DNA of 64,000 nt from Candidatus Altiarchaeota archaeon (GCA_043800255.1 JAZDNF010000013.1:64001-128000); one strand, 5' to 3'; shown: positions 17,831-27,819, numbered from the stretch's first letter. Numbers and translations: made by a program. Notes: generated from the sequence alone by a model not told the origin.

Positions 17831-20652
17831 AACAGGCTCTTCACAATCGGTTCCAATTTTTCTGCGCTGCCGCCTCCGATGCACATCCTATTGTTTCCGC
17901 TGTATCCGCCGCCAATCTTCTCTGAAATCTTTTTCGCGACAGCTGACGCGTCCTCCGAGCTCGAAGCGACGATGAAGTTAGCCTTCTCTCCTGTGACGTT
18001 GAACAAGACCAGCAGCCTGCCCTCTTTTTTAACCAGTTCTTCGGCGATCTTCCTCAGCTCCTTTATGTTAGCGTCATGGACTATGTAAGCAACCCGGGAG
18101 GATTCTTTGAATTTCCTCTCTATATCTTCGACAACTTTGCCGGCATCTAACCCGCCCTGCTTCTCCTTTTCCTTGCGCAGTCTCTTCCACTCGCTGAAAA
18201 GTATTTCAGATGCTGATGCCAGGTCAGAGCTGCTGCCCAAGGTTATCTCTCCAAATTCTTTGCACTCGCGCACGAACCTTTCTAGGGTCTCCGGCAGTTT
18301 TTCCTTCTGCACTGAGAAGACTGCCGCAGCCTTAGTCAGAGCTTCCCTGTTGAACTCCCTGTTTCTGACATCTGCCGGCAGGTTCTCCAATGATTTTTGG
18401 AACAGCTCCTCCTCAGTCCCGCTGTGCTTGTCGGAGGCTGCCCCAGCCTTGAACTCCAGCCTTACGATTCCGTCCTGTATCCTCTTCGACCTCACCAGGG
18501 TTATCCTGCCAGCCTCTTTGGTGTTGTTGAGGTGGGTTCCACCGCAGGCTTCAGCATCAACACCCTTTATTTCAACAATCCTCAGCTCTGTGCCAGGCAC
18601 TGCACCGCCCTGGTACAATCTGAAGCCGTGCTTCTCCTCAGCCTCGTTCCGCTTCATTATCGAGACACGTATTGGGATGGCCTTCCCAACGAGCAGGTTA
18701 GCCTCCGTCTCTATCTTCTTCAGTTCATCGTCCGATACGCCCCTGTAGTGTGTGATGTCCAATCTTGAGATGTCAACGCTCTTGTGAGCTCCCGCCTGCC
18801 ACACGTGCGGACCGAGAACCTTCCTGGCAGACACGTTCACAATGTGCGTCGCAGTATGATGCTGCGACAGCTGAGTCCTCCTGTCCCAGTCGACTTTTCC
18901 GCTGACTAGCATACCTTCCCTGAATTTTCCTGCTGAGTCCACCTTGTGCGCTATCACGTTGCCGGCCTTCTGCACGTCCAGCACTTTCGCACTTCCGATG
19001 ATGCCGTAGTCAGCCTCCTGGCCTCCGCCCTCAGGATAGAACAGTGTTCTGTCAAGGATGAGATAGTCTCCTTCAACCCCCAAGACCGTTGCGTTGAACT
19101 CCGGGCCCTCACGCTCGTAATAGAGCTGCTTGGTCTCATCGTAGTTCCCCTTCAGCTGCAGCTCCTGCTTTTTCTCCCCCTCAACTTGCTCGTGCCTTTC
19201 CTCCACCAGGCCGTAGAAGTTTTCCGGAATCCTCAGGTCAGAGTTGAACTCCTTTATCAGCTCCGGGTTGATTCCTTGGGAGTCGTAGAGTCCGACCAGC
19301 TTCTCAGGGGTGAACTTCTCCCCAGAGCCTATCATCTTGCTGACCAGAGTCTTGCACTTGCGCCTGTTCTCATCGTACCTCTCACGCTCGACGTCTATTA
19401 TCTCATGCAGGCTTCCCTTCTCCCTGAGTTCGGTGTACCATTCACCGAACTCGTTCACGTGCTTGTCCAACACCTTGTGCAGGTCTATGCTCCAGCCGTG
19501 CTCATCCATAAGAGACCAGCATCTCCTCAGAATGCTCCTCAGGTTGTAGCCTCCTCCAACGTTGCTGGGCAGCGCACCGTCGTGTATGGCAACCAGGAGT
19601 GTTCTAGTATGGTCTGCTATCGCGTACAACGCCCTCCTCAGGTAGACCTCCTTCTTCAGCTCATCCAAGGTTATGCCCATCTCAGTTGAGACCTGGTTCC
19701 AGACAGGGTCCAGGTTGCCTAACTCGTCGATGTCCAATAGGCCGGCGTACCTTGCGAACTGGCTCCACATCCGGTTATCGGGCTTGACTCCGGTCTCCCT
19801 GTACAGGTGTTTCATCACATCTGGGAAGACGGTGTCGTAGCTCATCGGGACTCCCTGGCTGAACCACGACCACCTCTCGAGGCCTGCTCCCATGTCGATG
19901 ACCTTCGTCTTCAATTCCCTGGATGTTCCGTCCTGGAGGACCTCGTACTGCATGTAAACCTGGTTCCCGAGCTCCAAACCCCTGGAGAAGAATTCCATGC
20001 TCGGCCCGAAGTTGCCGCCGCCTGCCCAAACGTCCTCGTGATAGAATATCTCCTCAGGCTTTATTCCCAAACCTTTGGTTAGGAACTCGTGCATCTGTTT
20101 GATGCCTTCATCCTTGAAGTAGACGTTCGGCTTCTCTGGTGTCCTGAACGTATGCTGGCCGACCATTATGAACCCAGTATAATGCCTGCCGGTGATTCCG
20201 ACAGAGTCTATGTCCGGGAACCTCAGGCAGAATTGCGGCTCCAGCACCGCATCAGCCGACGGCTCCACGAGGCCTGCGACCACGTACGGTTGGAAGTCGT
20301 TGATTCCCGCGTTAACAAAGTAGAGCTCATCATACCATCTGCACACCACAGGATACCTTTTGATTGGAACATAGTCCCACTTTTTGAAGATTTTGACGTA
20401 CTCATCCCATGCGCCCTTGTAGGAGAACTTCTTCTTCGTCAGTTTTTCGCCGATGAACCTGTAGCCTCCGGAACAGGATGGCTCGTCACAATAATCCCTT
20501 TCAACCGCAGACCAGAAGCCTCGCCCGCATTTCTTGCAGACTTTCCTCGAGAACCCAATCTCCTCAAGACTGCCTACAGGATAATACTTCTCAAAGTTCC
20601 TGTGGAATTCAGGCTTCTTCTGCCTCTTAAGCTCCTTGAAATCCCAAGCCAT
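17827..20652 (-). CDS. alaS: Alanyl-tRNA synthetase, archaeal type
   Basis: N-terminal Cys motif, WAGGGNFGP, IDMGAGLER, ADHTR, editing domain HTATH...ACGGTH. Confidence 0.97.
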   Translation of the reverse strand: MAWDFKELKRQKKPEFHRNFEKYYPVGSLEEIGFSRKVCKKCGRGFWSAVERDYCDEPSCSGGYRFIGEKLTKKKFSYKGAWDEYVKIFKKWDYVPIKRYPVVCRWYDELYFVNAGINDFQPYVVAGLVEPSADAVLEPQFCLRFPDIDSVGITGRHYTGFIMVGQHTFRTPEKPNVYFKDEGIKQMHEFLTKGLGIKPEEIFYHEDVWAGGGNFGPSMEFFSRGLELGNQVYMQYEVLQDGTSRELKTKVIDMGAGLERWSWFSQGVPMSYDTVFPDVMKHLYRETGVKPDNRMWSQFARYAGLLDIDELGNLDPVWNQVSTEMGITLDELKKEVYLRRALYAIADHTRTLLVAIHDGALPSNVGGGYNLRSILRRCWSLMDEHGWSIDLHKVLDKHVNEFGEWYTELREKGSLHEIIDVERERYDENRRKCKTLVSKMIGSGEKFTPEKLVGLYDSQGINPELIKEFNSDLRIPENFYGLVEERHEQVEGEKKQELQLKGNYDETKQLYYEREGPEFNATVLGVEGDYLILDRTLFYPEGGGQEADYGIIGSAKVLDVQKAGNVIAHKVDSAGKFREGMLVSGKVDWDRRTQLSQHHTATHIVNVSARKVLGPHVWQAGAHKSVDISRLDITHYRGVSDDELKKIETEANLLVGKAIPIRVSIMKRNEAEEKHGFRLYQGGAVPGTELRIVEIKGVDAEACGGTHLNNTKEAGRITLVRSKRIQDGIVRLEFKAGAASDKHSGTEEELFQKSLENLPADVRNREFNREALTKAAAVFSVQKEKLPETLERFVRECKEFGEITLGSSSDLASASEILFSEWKRLRKEKEKQGGLDAGKVVEDIERKFKESSRVAYIVHDANIKELRKIAEELVKKEGRLLVLFNVTGEKANFIVASSSEDASAVAKKISEKIGGGYSGNNRMCIGGGSAEKLEPIVKSLF

Positions 20653-20713
20653 TCTCCGTTAAGTATTCTCGTTGCCTGTTAAAACGCTTTGAATTTTATA
20701 CCCTGCAGATTAA

Positions 20714-21268
20714 ATGTTTACGATGAACGTCCTATTCGCGACAGGCAACAGGCATAAGGTATCGGAGGCTAATCGTGTTGGGAAAGAATACGGTGTAAAG
20801 TTTGTCAGAGTTTCCTGCCCGTACCCTGAGATAAGGGACGAGTCCCTGGAGAGGATAGCGTCGGAGGGCGTCAAGCATGTCTACTCCCGGCTCAAGAAGC
20901 CTGTCATCGTGGAGGACTCAGGCCTCTTCCTGAAAGCCTACGATGGATTCCCATCCCCCTATTCAGCCTACGTGTTCGAGAAGATAGGCAATGGAGGGAT
21001 GCTGAAGCTCGTGAGGGGAAAGAGGAACAGGAATGCGGCCTTCAAATCCGTAATAGCCTACTATGACGGCAAAAAACTTAGAACATTCACTGGAGAGGTT
21101 AAAGGCAGGATCGCCTTGAAAAAATCCGGGAACGCAGGCTTCGGCTACGACCCCATATTCATACCAAAAGGCCACAGCAGGACCTTCGCCCAGGACCCAG
21201 AACTGAAGGAGAAGATTTCGCACAGGAGCAGAGCCTTCAAGAAGCTGATAACGTGGCTGAAGGATTAA
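20714..21268 (+). CDS. rdgB: Non-canonical purine NTP pyrophosphatase (RdgB/HAM1)
   Basis: ATGNRHK, EDSGL, GFGYDPIF, KISHR. Confidence 0.95.
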   Translation: MFTMNVLFATGNRHKVSEANRVGKEYGVKFVRVSCPYPEIRDESLERIASEGVKHVYSRLKKPVIVEDSGLFLKAYDGFPSPYSAYVFEKIGNGGMLKLVRGKRNRNAAFKSVIAYYDGKKLRTFTGEVKGRIALKKSGNAGFGYDPIFIPKGHSRTFAQDPELKEKISHRSRAFKKLITWLKD

Positions 21269-22395
21269 ACCTGTTCTGCGCCTATCGGCAATGATGTGTC
21301 CCCGAACTGTATTATCTGGACGTTCACTGTGATATTATCCCCCTCTGAAGCGTTAGGAAAGAGGAACGCGTTCATCTCATTGTCCAGTCTGATAATCTTC
21401 CCGTCAAGCACCAGCCCGCTCGGTGTTGAGACCGTGCCCTCGCGCCTGATGAACGGGTTCGTAATACCATTAGCCTGGAGGAGCTCCTCCACCCGCTCTC
21501 CTGTGCCGTTCAACAGCAAGTTTACTGTCCCGTTCACTATTGAATAGTTCGCCTTCATCTTGTCCAATCTTGATTTAAGGCCTTTGAAGTCGTCTGAGGA
21601 CAGGAGAACAGCCTCGCCTTTTAGGGTAACGTTTGCTCCCTCGTTGGAGAGTTTCTCCAGGGTGCCGTTATCCAGGCCATATGAGGAGAAGCTGGGCTGC
21701 GCGAGGGTGTGATTTTCCACGCCCAACTCTTCTATCAGGCTGCCGAGTTCCAGCGGCCGGTCAAAGGATGCGAAAACCCTCATGCGTCCGGCATCCAGCA
21801 CCTGGGCGTCGAATTCCGAGCCAGCCGAAAGCTTCGCAGTCTCAAGGCCTATCAACTCTTCAGGAATGTTGTCAACGACCTTCTGGAACAATATGATGGC
21901 AAGGTTGTCGCCGATCTCAAGGCCGGTCTCGCCCACAACGTATACGCTGTCCTTCCCGACCTTCCCCACGTAGGCTCTGTGAAGCGTGTACTTCCCCAAC
22001 TCAGACCTGGCCAGCCGCTCTATCGCGGGCAATGCCGCGGTCAGGTTGTTTACCTCGAATTTGACCATCAGGTAGGCGTCCGACAGTTCGATTCTGACTT
22101 CGCTTACGCCGTCAATTGCGGATTCCTGTATGTTCAGGAGGTTTTCCCTCTGGAGGAAGTCAGACCTCGCTGGCATCAGGACGTACTCGTCAGTCTTGCC
22201 GGTTATGACCGCCAGTATGGTCTCGTTGCCTGCGACCACGACAGAATACTGGTCCAAGTTCAGTTCAGCCTCCTCAGGCTGCTCATAGTCTGTGGTGTTC
22301 GTGAACACGAAAAACGCTGAGAACAGCATCACAACGATTATCAGGTATATCATGCCCCGGTTCTCCTTCCCGGTCTTCTTCCCGCCCTTTTTCAT
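21265..22395 (-). CDS. Hypothetical membrane-anchored extracellular protein
   Basis: Basic N-terminus plus one TM helix; several N-x-S/T sequons; no recognised motif. Confidence 0.7.
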   Translation of the reverse strand: MKKGGKKTGKENRGMIYLIIVVMLFSAFFVFTNTTDYEQPEEAELNLDQYSVVVAGNETILAVITGKTDEYVLMPARSDFLQRENLLNIQESAIDGVSEVRIELSDAYLMVKFEVNNLTAALPAIERLARSELGKYTLHRAYVGKVGKDSVYVVGETGLEIGDNLAIILFQKVVDNIPEELIGLETAKLSAGSEFDAQVLDAGRMRVFASFDRPLELGSLIEELGVENHTLAQPSFSSYGLDNGTLEKLSNEGANVTLKGEAVLLSSDDFKGLKSRLDKMKANYSIVNGTVNLLLNGTGERVEELLQANGITNPFIRREGTVSTPSGLVLDGKIIRLDNEMNAFLFPNASEGDNITVNVQIIQFGDTSLPIGAEQV

Positions 22396-22437
22396 AACAC
22401 CTTAAGTATTTAAAAAGTGGGTATAATAATCTATACC

Positions 22438-23115
22438 ATGGATTTTCTGAAGGTGAGTTACACTGGCAGGATAAAAGACGGCCCAGTTGTTGACACGACA
22501 GACGAGAAAACAGCGAAAGACAACAAAATATTCGACGAGAAGAGGATTTACAAGCCGGTGCCTGTCGCAGTAGGCGGAGGCCATATGCTGGAGGGCCTGG
22601 ACGACGCCCTCAAGGGGATGAAGCCTGGAGACAAGAAGAAGGTGACTGTCCAGCCTGAGAAAGGATACGGGCAGAAGAATCCTGAGCTCGTGAGACTTGT
22701 CCCGCTGAAACATTTCAAGCAGCAGAAGATAACGCCGATACCCGGGATGCCGATAGAGATAGACGGCAGAACAGCAAGAATCCAGACTGTTGCCGGCGGC
22801 AGAGTCAGGGTGGACTTCAACAACGAGCTCGCTGGCAAGACGCTCGAGTACGAGATAAAGGTCGAGGAGAAGGCCAAAAACGACAGTGAAAAGATAAGGT
22901 ACCTGTTAGAGCGCGCCTTCGGCAAGGCTGACGGCTTCGACGTAAAGGCAACAGAAAAGCCTAAGAAGGTTGAGATAACGCTGCCAGACAGCGCCTACAA
23001 GGACAGGAACATCCTCCTGAGGAAGGCCTCACTGGCTGCGGACATCTTCAAACTGGTAGACTATCCTAAGGTAAAGTTTTCTGAAGTGTGGGAGAAACCT
23101 GAAAAGAGCAGATGA
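22438..23115 (+). CDS. FKBP-type peptidyl-prolyl isomerase (archaeal long SlyD-like)
   Basis: SYTGRI..G.VVDTT, PEKGYG, VRVDFNNELAGKTLEYEI. Confidence 0.92.
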   Translation: MDFLKVSYTGRIKDGPVVDTTDEKTAKDNKIFDEKRIYKPVPVAVGGGHMLEGLDDALKGMKPGDKKKVTVQPEKGYGQKNPELVRLVPLKHFKQQKITPIPGMPIEIDGRTARIQTVAGGRVRVDFNNELAGKTLEYEIKVEEKAKNDSEKIRYLLERAFGKADGFDVKATEKPKKVEITLPDSAYKDRNILLRKASLAADIFKLVDYPKVKFSEVWEKPEKSR

Positions 23116-23765
23116 AAAAGCTCTTCATACCGGCTGAGATAGGAGACTTCAGCCTGCCGAAGAACATCCCGGAAGGCTTGGAAGGCAGAGTAGGGGTCGT
23201 AACAACCGCCCAGCATCTCAGGCACATGAAGGATGTGGAACTTTTTCTCAAGACGAAAGGCCTGACGCCAATAAGAGCCGGACAGATCATAGGGTGCAAC
23301 ATCTCGAACGCGTTGAAGGTCAAAGACTCTGTCGACTGCTTTTTATACGTTGGAACAGGCAGATTCCACCCAATAGAGATAAGCCTGAACGCCGGGAAGC
23401 CTGTGTACGCGTTGAACCCCATTGACGGCAAAATCGAGGCCATCCCGAAGGAGGAGCTGAAAAGGTGGGAGAGGAAGAGGAAGGCGCAGGTTGCGCTGGC
23501 TGTGAAGGCTGAGACGTTCGGGATCCTGGTATCGACAAAAGAGAAACAGTACAATATGATAGAGGCTCTTGCATTGAAAAAGAAGCTCGAAGGCAGCGGC
23601 AGGAAGGCGTTCCTCTTCATCGGGGAAGAGCTGAACCCTGACAACGTGCTGCCCTTCAAGGTGGATGCGTGGATTAACACGGCATGCCCGCGGATTGCGG
23701 ACGACTTCTTCAAGAAGCCTGTGCTGAACCCTGGAGAAGTTTCCTATATTTTAGACCAAGAGTAA
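23112..23765 (+). CDS. dph2: Diphthamide synthesis Dph1/Dph2-family protein, short form
   Basis: TTAQH, GQIIGCN, GTGRFH, STKEKQ, NTACPRI; only 217 aa. Confidence 0.8.
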   Translation: MKKLFIPAEIGDFSLPKNIPEGLEGRVGVVTTAQHLRHMKDVELFLKTKGLTPIRAGQIIGCNISNALKVKDSVDCFLYVGTGRFHPIEISLNAGKPVYALNPIDGKIEAIPKEELKRWERKRKAQVALAVKAETFGILVSTKEKQYNMIEALALKKKLEGSGRKAFLFIGEELNPDNVLPFKVDAWINTACPRIADDFFKKPVLNPGEVSYILDQE

Positions 23766-23774
23766 AGGTTAAAC

Positions 23775-24557
23775 ATGGGCCTGAACCTGACAGAAGAGGA
23801 ACTGCACAAAGCCTGTGAAAACATCAAGGAAGAGATCAGGAAATTCGCCAAAGAGTCTGGATGCGAGGGCCTGGTCCTGGGCCTGTCAGGCGGGATTGAC
23901 TCTGCCGTCGTGTTGAAGCTGGCATCAGACTCTGAAGTCAATGTCAAAGCGCTGCTGCTCCCTGAGGAAGAGCTCACGTCTGACGAGGACATGGAAGACG
24001 CTGAAAAGCTTGCTCAAGAACTTAGAGTAGAGTATGACATAATCGGCATCAAGGACGTCCTCGACGCGATCGGGGGAGCCTGCTCCTTTGAAGCTGACCG
24101 CAAGTCATGGGGAAACGTGAAACCTAGGGTGAGGATGACATTCCTCTACCTTACAGCCAACCTCGAGAGGAGGCTTGTCATGGGAACAGGCAACAGGACC
24201 GAGATAATGTTAGGCTATTACACCAAATACGGAGACGGAGGAGCTGACTTCTTCCCCATAGGAGGGCTGTACAAGACTCAAGTTAGGCAGCTCGCAAGAC
24301 ATATTAGGATACCGAAGAGGATAATGGAGAAGGTCCCATCCGCAGGCCTGTGGGACGGCCAGACTGACGAGGACGAGCTTGGATCAGACTATGAGACGAT
24401 TGACAGGATACTTTACAAGCTGCTTGACGAGAAGAAATCTGCCAATGCTGTCGCCGCTGAAGTCAAATGTAGGCTGGAGATAGTTGAAAGCCTGAAAAAG
24501 CGGGTTGACGCTAACATGCACAAGCGCAGCCTCTCCCCGGTGTTCAAACCTCTTTGA
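23775..24557 (+). CDS. nadE: NH3-dependent NAD+ synthetase
   Basis: LGLSGGIDS, GNVKPRVRM, GYYTKYGDG, PSAGLWDGQTDE. Confidence 0.96.
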   Translation: MGLNLTEEELHKACENIKEEIRKFAKESGCEGLVLGLSGGIDSAVVLKLASDSEVNVKALLLPEEELTSDEDMEDAEKLAQELRVEYDIIGIKDVLDAIGGACSFEADRKSWGNVKPRVRMTFLYLTANLERRLVMGTGNRTEIMLGYYTKYGDGGADFFPIGGLYKTQVRQLARHIRIPKRIMEKVPSAGLWDGQTDEDELGSDYETIDRILYKLLDEKKSANAVAAEVKCRLEIVESLKKRVDANMHKRSLSPVFKPL

Positions 24558-24894
24558 CCCGGTGGTAGTCGTCCTCTATCCTGACCACGTCCTCAAGGTG
24601 GGATGTGCTCACCTCTATGACCTTCAAATGCGTTAAGGCCTCTATCCTGTGCTTGTCTCCAGGATGCAGGGTTATGGACTGGCCTTCCCCCAGTTCAATG
24701 TCTCCGTCCTCATGAACCAATTTCATCCTCCCCTCGAGGACGTACATGGTCTCCTTCTTTTTCTTATGATACTGGTAGGACAGCCTCGCCCCCTTATCAA
24801 CCTCAAGTATCTTGCCAGCGTACTCGTCCTCGAACGCCAGCCAGATCTCCTGACCCCAAGGCTTTTTTATGATCCTGACATCAACTTCGTGCAT
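24544..24894 (-). CDS. Cupin protein (mannose-6-phosphate isomerase type II C-terminal-like)
   Basis: KPWG, LSYQYH..K.E, HRI, EVST..LEDVVRIEDDY; ATG at 24894 preferred. Confidence 0.85.
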   Translation of the reverse strand: MHEVDVRIIKKPWGQEIWLAFEDEYAGKILEVDKGARLSYQYHKKKKETMYVLEGRMKLVHEDGDIELGEGQSITLHPGDKHRIEALTHLKVIEVSTSHLEDVVRIEDDYHRVKEV

Positions 24895-24897
24895 TTT
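24885..24897. repeat. 13-bp direct repeat copy 1 (CTTCGTGCATTTT), covering the cupin start codon
   Basis: Identical to 25681-25693. Confidence 0.7.
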
Positions 24898-25030
24898 GGC
24901 TGCCCTCAACAATATGGGTCTATCAGATATTAAATTATGTTAGCAAGAATCGCATTTCCTAGGTTTGGAATGTTCCCCCGGCAGGTTTAAATATAGGTAA
25001 TTACTATAGTAATTGCAGGTGTCGAAGACT

Positions 25031-25276
25031 ATGGAAACCGTGCAGATTAGGCTGACCAACGCCCAGGTGAAAGGCCTGGACAAGCTGGTGAAGGGGGGAA
25101 TCTACGCGTCCAGGGGGGAGGCGGTACGCGATGCAGTGCGCAGGCTCGAGATTATGGCGTCCCTCCTCGAACTGCAGAACCTTGCCAAGAAGAAGGGCAT
25201 CACAAAAAACGAACTGCTTAGAGAACTGACGAAGGTCGGCGATGAGGTCTACGGTCAGAAATTCCCGTCAGCATAA
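25031..25276 (+). CDS. Ribbon-helix-helix (CopG/Arc) antitoxin
   Basis: VQIRLT...LDKLVKGGIYASRGEAVRDAVR; overlaps a PIN gene. Confidence 0.85.
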   Translation: METVQIRLTNAQVKGLDKLVKGGIYASRGEAVRDAVRRLEIMASLLELQNLAKKKGITKNELLRELTKVGDEVYGQKFPSA

Positions 25277-25664
25277 GGTTTTCATAGACGCGAACACACT
25301 GCTGTCGGGCTTATTCTTCGAAGGCCCGGAGAGCACCCTGCTTAAAATCGGCATTCTGGGTCAGATACGCCTCGTAACATGTGATTTCGTCGTAAAAGAG
25401 GTCAGAACGATTATCAGAAGAAAATTCAGCGGAGCTGAGAACCACTTCGACGACATCATCTCCATAATGACCGTCTTACCAACGGAAAAGGATGAGCTGA
25501 GAAGGGGGCTCATACGGGACAGGAAAGACGCCCCCATCCTCGCAACGGCTCTGAAATACAAGCCAGATTACTTCGTCACAGGAGATAAGGAGTTCCACAC
25601 TCCGGAGATTAAAAAACTGCTTAACGTCGTAAAAACCAGGAATCTGTTGGATAGGATACTCTAG
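25242..25664 (+). CDS. PIN-domain (VapC-like) toxin
   Basis: FIDANTLLS, IRDRKDAPIL, FVTGDKEF acidic PIN residues. Confidence 0.88.
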   Translation: MRSTVRNSRQHKVFIDANTLLSGLFFEGPESTLLKIGILGQIRLVTCDFVVKEVRTIIRRKFSGAENHFDDIISIMTVLPTEKDELRRGLIRDRKDAPILATALKYKPDYFVTGDKEFHTPEIKKLLNVVKTRNLLDRIL

Positions 25665-25680
25665 GCTGTGATAAAACCAG

Positions 25681-25716
25681 CTTCGTGCATTTTTACTCCT
25701 GTAAGAAGATATTTTA
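25681..25716. repeat. Direct repeat copy 2 (CTTCGTGCATTTTTACTCCTGTAAGAAGATATTTTA)
   Basis: 5' part matches 24885-24897; 25685-25716 matches 26465-26497 with one indel and one substitution. Confidence 0.85.
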
Positions 25717-25819
25717 CCTGTTTAAGGCTTAAAATGATTAATTAGCAGGCCGTTCTGCTTTAAGATACATTTACTCAGGCATTCAATATATTTAGGCGTC
25801 TATTCTAGATTTTTTATGC

Positions 25820-26128
25820 ATGAAGGAGAAACCTAAGATTACGGTTCCGGGAAAGGAGATAGCTGAATTGTGTAGAAGATACCATATACGAAAGTTTAGC
25901 CTGTTCGGTTCCTCCTTGGGAGACGACTTCAGGGAGGACAGCGATGTTGATGTGCTGGTGGAATTCGAACAGGACAAGACGCCGGGACTTTTCGGAATAG
26001 TCCGGATTGAGGAGGAAATCGGCAGGATTTTCGGGAGAAAAGTTGATTTGCGCACGCCCAGAGAATTGAGCCGCTATTTTAGAGATTCCGTCATGTCAAA
26101 CGCCAGGGTAGAGTATGCGAGAGGATGA
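25820..26128 (+). CDS. Minimal nucleotidyltransferase (MntA-like antitoxin)
   Basis: LFGS...DSDVDVLVEF, GRKVDL. Confidence 0.92.
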   Translation: MKEKPKITVPGKEIAELCRRYHIRKFSLFGSSLGDDFREDSDVDVLVEFEQDKTPGLFGIVRIEEEIGRIFGRKVDLRTPRELSRYFRDSVMSNARVEYARG

Positions 26129-26447
26129 TCTGAATCGACTGCGCCACATGCTGGATGCTGCGGAGGAGGCATATGGTTTCGCGAAAGACAAACGTAAAGC
26201 CGATTTAGAGGAAAATCGCATGCTAGTCCTCGCAGTGTTAAAGGACCTCGAGATAGTTGGCGAAGCGGCTAACAAAGTATCCTCTGATACCAGGCGCAAA
26301 TGCAAAACCATACCCTGGTGTGAGATAATTGGTATGCGGAACAGATTAATCCATGGTTACTTTGACATCGACTATGACATAGTCTACAAGACCATAGTGG
26401 AAGACCTTCCGAAGCTTATTGAAAAACTCCGGAAGATAGTGGACTAG
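26115..26447 (+). CDS. HEPN/DUF86 RNase toxin (HepT-like)
   Basis: EIVGEAA, RNRLIHGY (R-X4-H-x-Y). Confidence 0.92.
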   Translation: MREDDLNRLRHMLDAAEEAYGFAKDKRKADLEENRMLVLAVLKDLEIVGEAANKVSSDTRRKCKTIPWCEIIGMRNRLIHGYFDIDYDIVYKTIVEDLPKLIEKLRKIVD

Positions 26448-26464
26448 AGTATTTTCCCGTCACA

Positions 26465-26497
26465 GTGCATTTTTAACCCCTGTAAGAAGATATTTTA
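26465..26497. repeat. Direct repeat copy 3 (GTGCATTTTTAACCCCTGTAAGAAGATATTTTA)
   Basis: Matches 25685-25716; lies immediately upstream of ugd. Confidence 0.85.
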
Positions 26498-26512
26498 TTC
26501 ATCACAGTTAAA

Positions 26513-27802
26513 ATGAGGATTTCAGTGGTTGGGGGAGGCTATGTCGGCCTTATAACGTCGGCAGGCTTCGCTGAGAAGGGGCATACGGTAGTATGCGTTG
26601 ATGTTGACGGGGACAAGGTCAGGCAGATAAACGGCAAAAGGAGCCCAATATATGAGAAACAGCTTGATAGCATACTGGAGTCGGTAGTCCCGAAAAAGCT
26701 GAAAGCATCCTCTAATCTGGAGGACGCGGTCCTCGGCTCAGAGCTTACGTTCATATGCGTTGGCACACCATCGGAGGATGGCGGCAGCGTTGACCTGAGG
26801 TATGTGAGGGAGGTTTCGGAGCAGATTGGCAGAATCCTGAAGAAGAAGAGAGAGTACCATCTTGTCGTGGTCAAGAGCACCGTCGTGCCAGGCTCCACCG
26901 ACGGCACTGTCATACCACTCCTTGAGAAGCACTCCAGCAAAAAGGCTGGGAAGGACTTTGGCGTCGCAATGAACCCGGAGTTTCTGAGGGAGGGCAACGC
27001 CGTCGAAGACTTCAGAAATCCGGACAGGATAGTGATAGGCTCCCTCGATGACAGGTCAGGGGACATCCTCGAAAAACTGTACTTCGAATTCAAGTCTCCT
27101 GTGCTGAGAGTCAACCTGAAAACCGCTGAGATGATAAAGTACGCCTCAAATTCTTTCCTAGCCCTGAAAGTGAGCTTCATAAACGAGGTTGGCAACATAT
27201 GTAAGAAGCTTGGGGTTGACGTCTACGACGTCGCGAGGGGAGTGGGACTGGACCACAGGATTTCGCCCTCCTTCCTGAGGGCGGGCCCGGGCTGGGGAGG
27301 CTCCTGCTTTCCCAAGGACGTGTCAGCGTTGGCTTACAAGGCTAATGAGGTTGGAGTGGAACCGAGGATGCTGAACGCTGCGCTGGAGGTTAACAGAGAC
27401 CAGCCGAAGGTTTTTGTCAATCTTGTTAAGAGCAGAATCAAACTGAAGGGCAAAAGGGCGGCTGTTCTCGGCCTCACTTTCAAGGCTGACACAGACGACG
27501 TCAGAGACAGCCCTGCCATTCCGATAATAAACCTGCTCTTGGATGAGGGCGCGAATGTTGTCGGCTACGACCCGAAAGGGACTGAGAATGCTAAAAAAAT
27601 ATTAAAAAACAGGATAGAGTACGCATCCTCTGTGAGGGAGGCTCTCAAGGATGCTGATGTGGCTCTCATAGTCACAGAGTGGGCTGAATTCCAGAAGATA
27701 GACTTCAGTCCGATGAAAACCAAAAGGGTGTTCGACAGCAGGAAGATACTGAACGAGGATTTATTGCCTGAAGACGTAGAGTATGAGGGTATTTGTTGGT
27801 AG
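26513..27802 (+). CDS. ugd: UDP-glucose 6-dehydrogenase
   Basis: GGGYVG, KSTVVPG, NPEFLREG, GWGGSCFPKD. Confidence 0.93.
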   Translation: MRISVVGGGYVGLITSAGFAEKGHTVVCVDVDGDKVRQINGKRSPIYEKQLDSILESVVPKKLKASSNLEDAVLGSELTFICVGTPSEDGGSVDLRYVREVSEQIGRILKKKREYHLVVVKSTVVPGSTDGTVIPLLEKHSSKKAGKDFGVAMNPEFLREGNAVEDFRNPDRIVIGSLDDRSGDILEKLYFEFKSPVLRVNLKTAEMIKYASNSFLALKVSFINEVGNICKKLGVDVYDVARGVGLDHRISPSFLRAGPGWGGSCFPKDVSALAYKANEVGVEPRMLNAALEVNRDQPKVFVNLVKSRIKLKGKRAAVLGLTFKADTDDVRDSPAIPIINLLLDEGANVVGYDPKGTENAKKILKNRIEYASSVREALKDADVALIVTEWAEFQKIDFSPMKTKRVFDSRKILNEDLLPEDVEYEGICW

Positions 27803-27819
27803 AATACGATAGGTTTAAG

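Noticed and set aside
24885-26497. Three related repeats as a CRISPR array
   Set aside because: Spacing is about 780-800 bp with genes in between, and there are no cas genes.
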